Source of the DNA: a bacterium
GTDB taxonomy: Bacteria; Patescibacteriota; Microgenomatia; Levybacterales; UBA12049
Direction: 5' to 3'
NCBI GenBank assembly: GCA_021780675.1
Contig: JAJXYH010000004.1
Span: 5,668 to 69,667 of the forward strand
DNA: 64,000 nucleotides
This document shows positions 59,812 to 64,000 of this stretch, piece after piece. Both the position numbers and the translations under genes were made by a program. A model generated the notes under the pieces. That model did not search any database. It was not told the origin of the DNA and saw only the letters and a program-made list of their open reading frames with translations. The first letter of the stretch is position 1, and each line of letters opens with the position of its first letter.

Positions 59812-60504
59812 ATGAATTTTTTGGATTTCGTTTTTCCTAAAAGATGTGTTGTTTGCAAAAGAGCGGGAAGTTATCTTTGTGGAAATTGTTTCGTAACCCT
59901 TTCATTTGATGTAAAAAACTTGTGCCTTGTCTATAATAAGCCAACATTTAATAATTTAACTCATCCGGTTTGCAAATCTAAATATGCAATAGACGGGTGT
60001 TTTTCCGCCGTTTCTTACAATAAGACCACTAAAAAATTAGTATCCAGTTTTAAATACAACCCATACTTTACAGATTTTCAATTCTTATTGACAGACCTTT
60101 TTTACGAAAGCCTTATTTAAAATGAATATTTTCAAAAATTAATTTCAAACGGTAACTGGACTTTTGTTCCCATTCCGCTTTTTCCATCAAAGCATAGAAC
60201 GCGGGGTTATAACCAAGCGGAAATTTTGGCAAAAAACTTATCAAAAGTATTTAAAATGCCAGCGGGGAATTTACTTATACGAATAAAAGATACAAAAACA
60301 CAAGTTGGAAAGGGCAATATCGACAGAAAATTAAATATTAAAGGAGCATTCAAAATATCAGACAGTAAATTTTCAATAGCAAATAAAAATATATTTCTGG
60401 TGGACGATGTTATTACAACAGGATCAACTTTAAACGAAGCGGCAAATGTCTTAAAAAGGGAAGGGGCGAGAAAAGTAATAGGAATAACTTTTGCAAGAGA
60501 TTAA
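59812..60504 (+). pseudogene. comF: comF interrupted by an in-frame TAA
   Basis: FP.RC..C zinc ribbon; TAA at 60118-60120; same frame resumes through VPIPL..RGYNQAE to VDDVITTGSTL. Confidence 0.88.
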
Positions 60505-60505
60505 T

Positions 60506-60533
60506 AAAAAACCACCTTCAAAAAGGTGGTTTT
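60506..60533. terminator. Bidirectional hairpin, probably the original tmRNA terminator
   Basis: AAAACCACCTT-CAAA-AAGGTGGTTTT followed by ATGTGGA. Confidence 0.7.
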
Positions 60534-60534
60534 A

Positions 60535-60628
60535 TGTGGACACAATCCAAATAAATTGGAATCAAATAGAAGACTATGTTTTTAAGTGGTATCCAATATT
60601 GCAGAGAAGAAGCCTAGCTTCGCTTTAA
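60535..60628 (+). repeat. Cassette left end, copy 1 (94 bp)
   Basis: 93/94 identical to 61636-61729. Confidence 0.95.
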
Positions 60629-60669
60629 ATAATTTTAGGAGATATCACAAGGTGTTATTTGAACTTAAT

Positions 60670-60909
60670 TTAAATTAATCTGCTAACAAAAAGAACAATT
60701 AATGCTCCGCCAATTGCAACCGCAAAGGAAACTAAATTAAACCCCGTTACTCCAACATTTAAAAACATTTCTCCTAAATATCCACCAACTACAGCACCTA
60801 TCACGCCCAATATAATTGACCCTATTATTCCACCTCTAAATCCAGGAGAAATAAAATTTGCTATGGTTCCAGTAATTAATCCAAAAATTAACCAATAAAT
60901 TATACTCAT
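60670..60909 (-). CDS. GlsB/YeaQ/YmgE (transglycosylase-associated) membrane protein
   Basis: W..FGLI.G.IA....G..GG....IILG.IGA.VGG. Confidence 0.9.
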   Translation of the reverse strand: MSIIYWLIFGLITGTIANFISPGFRGGIIGSIILGVIGAVVGGYLGEMFLNVGVTGFNLVSFAVAIGGALIVLFVSRLI

Positions 60910-60958
60910 ATTCTTTTCACATCCTTTCTAAAACCTAATTTTAAAAACAACAAGCTAC

Positions 60959-61348
60959 TTAAGCCTGTTGTTTTTTACCTGAAAGTATTCTTAATAACTT
61001 TACAATCCCTACTGCTAATACTGCATATACAACTACTGCAACTATTGTCGCTGGCTCTAAGACTGCTGTTGTGACCGCACCTTGTCCTGTGGCTTGTTGA
61101 AATATTCCCTGAAAGGGAACTACAAAAATACTCGTAATACCATAAATAAAACCTACAAAAACGCTATATCCATTGGCTCCTGTTAGTCTTAATATTAACC
61201 TAAAAATTAATAGTATTTCTAATGCACCAAATATAAAATAAATTAAATATTCTATTGTTTGATAGCTTGTTGCTTGTTCACTACTCGTTGAAACCGCAAC
61301 TGGAGTATTATTCTGTGTGTTTACTGTCTCTTTTACTAATTCTGCCAT
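60959..61348 (-). CDS. YggT-like membrane protein
   Basis: ILL.FR.IL.L.GAN..S.FV.FIY..T..FV.PF.GIF. Confidence 0.8.
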   Translation of the reverse strand: MAELVKETVNTQNNTPVAVSTSSEQATSYQTIEYLIYFIFGALEILLIFRLILRLTGANGYSVFVGFIYGITSIFVVPFQGIFQQATGQGAVTTAVLEPATIVAVVVYAVLAVGIVKLLRILSGKKQQA

Positions 61349-61532
61349 TCTTTTTCACATCCTCTCTTATATCAACTTTTTTGATAATTGTTTCTTTTGG
61401 TAAATACTGAATTAATGCTTTTTCTACAAGGCCGGTAAGCGTCAAGTCTTCAATGATTGCTTGAGCCTTAGCCTGCTTTGCGATTGAGGAATTAATAAAA
61501 AGAGTTACTCTTTGGATGTTGTTAGTTGTCAT
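61308..61532 (-). CDS. Small ribbon-helix-helix-like protein
   Basis: QRVTLFI...IAK.AK..A......LT.LVEKAL..YL; start taken at MTTNN. Confidence 0.6.
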   Translation of the reverse strand: MTTNNIQRVTLFINSSIAKQAKAQAIIEDLTLTGLVEKALIQYLPKETIIKKVDIREDVKKNGRISKRDSKHTE

Positions 61533-61590
61533 ACTTGATATATTACAACTAATTGAAGTACTTGTCAATGTATCAATACTGCCTTTTGCC

Positions 61591-61641
61591 AAATAAAAAA
61601 GGATTAGATTGTATTATCAACCTAATCCTTTAATTTGTGGA
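61591..61641 (+). repeat. Cassette right end, copy 1 (51 bp, hairpin plus TGTGGA core)
   Basis: Identical to 62575-62625; contains the AAAGGATTAG...CTAATCCTTT inverted repeat. Confidence 0.95.
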
Positions 61642-61729
61642 CACAATCCAAATAAATTGGAATCAAATAGAAGACTATGTTTTTAAGTGGTATCCAATAT
61701 TGTAGAGAAGAAGCCTAGCTTCGCTTTAA
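61636..61729 (+). repeat. Cassette left end, copy 2 (94 bp)
   Basis: 93/94 identical to 60535-60628. Confidence 0.95.
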
Positions 61730-61805
61730 GTTATTTAAGTTGTTATCACAGGGTGGTGTTGGAACTGTTGATAAAGATAGTTAATTTATTTATACTCGTA
61801 GTATT

Positions 61806-62576
61806 ATGACCGATGGACAAGAAATACCACAATATCTTCCTCTCCCAGAGTTTATGAAGCAAATTGAAAGTGGTGATTTTGACCTTGCTCAACTTAGAAC
61901 AACAGTAGGTCAGTTAAGCGAGACGACATTTGGACAAAATTTAAATAAATACCTTGATTTTGTAACCAGCAATACTGGGGCACACGCTATATTAAGAGGA
62001 GAGCTGCATCCACGAGGCGTAGAGTCAGAGTTTGCCCACGGCAACTTACCTATTAGACAAGAAGTTGCAAGACGCATTGAGCAGAGCACTGGTTTTCATT
62101 TTGACCCTGCAGTATCAACACCTGAGCAAAGAGAAGAAATTTGGGGAGCACTTCAAGAATTTACAGGAGTTCAAGTTGATGGTGCAACAAGAGAAAAAAT
62201 AAATTTAGGAATACCAGATAAGTTTCCACCAAGTGTTTATAGAATACCTTGGATAGGGGAAGACGAGGTTATTATTAGACAAGATGAGATTTATGCAATT
62301 GATAGAGATGTTAAGCCTGGTCATATTCTTAATGCATCAGAACATACATACACTGTGTTTAAGGGCGGAGCCTTGAAAGGTGTTCTCTCTATGACAGAAT
62401 TAAGTGATTATGAAAAAGAGAAGGGTAAGAGTACTGTCTATGCAAGAGTTTCGCCTAAACCTCTTTCTCAAACTTATTTTACTGATAAAATCTCTGGTAA
62501 AGCGAGAAATGAATTTGTTTATCTAAATTCTAGTTCACCTTATTTGCAGCCAGCAAGACCTCATACAGGCGCTTAA
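61806..62576 (+). CDS. Hypothetical protein (cassette 2 cargo)
   Basis: 256-aa ORF whose stop overlaps the right-end repeat. Confidence 0.7.
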   Translation: MTDGQEIPQYLPLPEFMKQIESGDFDLAQLRTTVGQLSETTFGQNLNKYLDFVTSNTGAHAILRGELHPRGVESEFAHGNLPIRQEVARRIEQSTGFHFDPAVSTPEQREEIWGALQEFTGVQVDGATREKINLGIPDKFPPSVYRIPWIGEDEVIIRQDEIYAIDRDVKPGHILNASEHTYTVFKGGALKGVLSMTELSDYEKEKGKSTVYARVSPKPLSQTYFTDKISGKARNEFVYLNSSSPYLQPARPHTGA

Positions 62577-62625
62577 ATAAAAAAGGATTAGATTGTATTA
62601 TCAACCTAATCCTTTAATTTGTGGA
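62575..62625 (+). repeat. Cassette right end, copy 2 (current tmRNA terminator)
   Basis: Identical to 61591-61641; overlaps the tmRNA 3' end. Confidence 0.95.
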
Positions 62626-63032
62626 GATGTCGGGAAGTGATCCCGAGTCCAAGAATGTAATGTAAAAAAATCTACAAGCTTATTCTACTTTTAAAAGTCG
62701 CAATATTTTTTTCCAGTAGAAGGGAATAAATACTGCCAAGATTATAAATTCGATAAGGACTCAATCAAATTCCTTATTAATTCTTAGGCTAAGTTTATGC
62801 CCAAAATTTTCCACCTAAGCGAGAAAATAAAGGACATCTCAAAGCTTACTTAAGCAGCTAGTGCTAAAGCAGGTCGAGAACCATAAAGTTCGGCGAGAAT
62901 TGCGTCTCTTTCCGCCTTTAAGGCTGAAATGCTATTTTTAGCATTTATTGTTTGATTATTCTTTAGCGTCTATTAATCAAAGACGGCTTGCGTTTTTTAA
63001 AGTGCGAATCTTGTCGATGCAATTGCATCCCC
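62622..63032 (-). ncRNA. ssrA: tmRNA
   Basis: 5' GGGGATG pairs with 3' CATCTCC-A (G3-U wobble); tag ORF at 62850-62942 ends in ALAA; adjacent to smpB. Confidence 0.92.
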
Positions 63033-63093
63033 GTAACAAGTATTATAGCTTATAATACGCTTTATTGTCAAGTTTTCTAGCCTCAAATTAGCC

Positions 63094-63525
63094 TCAAGAT
63101 AATTCCTGGTCTAGTCGGCGTTTTATGTCCCGTTTTTTAATGCTTTCCCGCTTTTCGTATTTTTTCTTGCCCTTCCCAAGCGCAAGCTCAAGTTTTACAA
63201 ATCCGTGTTTAAGATATAAAGACACCGGCACAACCGAAAGGTTTGCGCCGTCGGTTTTTGTTTTTAAAGCAATTATTTCTTTCTTATGAAGCAGTAATTT
63301 TCTGGTCCGCCTATCGTCATATCCTTCTATTTGTCCGGGCTGGTAGGCAAAAATCTTGGCATTTACCAAATATGCTTCGCTTCCGATAACACGGACAAAG
63401 CTTCCGTTTAAATCCGCCTTGCCAAGTCTTACGGATTTTACTTCGTGTCCAAATAAATTAATTCCGGCTTCAAACCGGTCTTGCAATTGATAGTCAAAAA
63501 ACGCTTTTCGGTTGGTAATTTTCAT
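63094..63525 (-). CDS. smpB: SsrA-binding protein
   Basis: NRKA..DY...EAGI.L.G.EVKS, RKLLL, GKKKYEKR. Confidence 0.97.
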   Translation of the reverse strand: MKITNRKAFFDYQLQDRFEAGINLFGHEVKSVRLGKADLNGSFVRVIGSEAYLVNAKIFAYQPGQIEGYDDRRTRKLLLHKKEIIALKTKTDGANLSVVPVSLYLKHGFVKLELALGKGKKKYEKRESIKKRDIKRRLDQELS

Positions 63526-63564
63526 AACTTCATGATACTTTATAAATTGTAAAATGTAAATTTG

Positions 63565-64000
63565 ATGAATAGATTCAGCAAATATCTTAATTTTTTAATC
63601 TTATTAATCTTCGCGGCAACTGTTTTTTTTAGAGGTGTGGTAATTATCGACCCCGATCTTGGTTGGCATTTAAGAGAAGGGCAGTTGATTTTACAAAGCG
63701 GAATTCCGGCAACCGACCCCTTTTCTTATACAATGTCAAGCTACGCTTTTATTGACCACGAGTGGATGCAAAATGTAATAATGTACTCGGTTTTTAATAG
63801 TTTCGGAATGTTTGGTTTAGCGTTTTTTTATGCGGTTATTTTTGCAGGAATCTTCTTCGTAATTTCAACCAATAAATTTAATAACTTTACACCCATTCCG
63901 CTGCTTTTAACAGGGCTGATAATGCTGGATTTTACAGGAGTAAGGACACAAGAAGTAACCTGGCTTTTTTTGGCAATTCTTTTAAGGATAATTTTAGATA
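63565..64000 (+). CDS. Polytopic membrane GT-C-like protein, 5' part (paralog of 47180-48901)
   Basis: Manual translation ...DPDLGWHLREG...DPFSYT...DHEW; runs off the window. Confidence 0.75.
   Translation, partial: MNRFSKYLNFLILLIFAATVFFRGVVIIDPDLGWHLREGQLILQSGIPATDPFSYTMSSYAFIDHEWMQNVIMYSVFNSFGMFGLAFFYAVIFAGIFFVISTNKFNNFTPIPLLLTGLIMLDFTGVRTQEVTWLFLAILLRIILD

Larger units (their letters stand above)
60541..61641. mobile_element. Integrase-less gene cassette 1 at the tmRNA 3' end (1101 bp)
   Basis: Bounded by TGTGGA cores and shared left and right ends. Confidence 0.75.
61642..62625. mobile_element. Integrase-less gene cassette 2 at the tmRNA 3' end (984 bp)
   Basis: Same ends as cassette 1, unrelated cargo. 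Confidence 0.75.

Noticed and set aside
60118-60120. Stop-codon reassignment explaining the interrupted comF and GDPD genes
   Set aside because: The internal stops are TAA, which ends most intact genes here; TGA also ends genes normally, so genetic code 11 fits.
60535-62625. CRISPR array or simple tandem duplication
   Set aside because: Repeats are 51 and 94 bp separated by about 1 kb of unrelated genes; no cas genes; cargoes share no similarity.

Overview
AT-rich chromosomal segment of a Patescibacteria/CPR bacterium, probably Microgenomates. This is inferred from the short ValS, tRNA-Arg(GCG), the CPR-type VirB4/PrgI/pilin cluster and many orphan ORFs. The window holds the replication-origin region (jag-yidC-yidD-rnpA-rpmH / dnaA / oriC / dnaN), housekeeping genes (pyk, rpoD, dnaG, purA, ruvCAB, rplY, valS, rnhA, smpB), tmRNA, six tRNAs (Asn, Arg-GCG and all four Ser isoacceptors), a T4SS-like/pilin cluster next to dnaN, and decayed competence genes (comM collapsed to 76 codons, comF with a nonsense codon). 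The most striking unexplained structure is a set of integrase-less gene cassettes stacked at RNA-gene 3' ends. At tmRNA, two roughly 1 kb cassettes with unrelated cargo share a 94-bp left end (93/94 identical) and an identical 51-bp right end, joined at a TGTGGA core that is the tmRNA 3' terminus. tRNA-Asn carries an analogous but more degenerate array. No database searches were run: family calls come from motif recognition, and confidence values are subjective.
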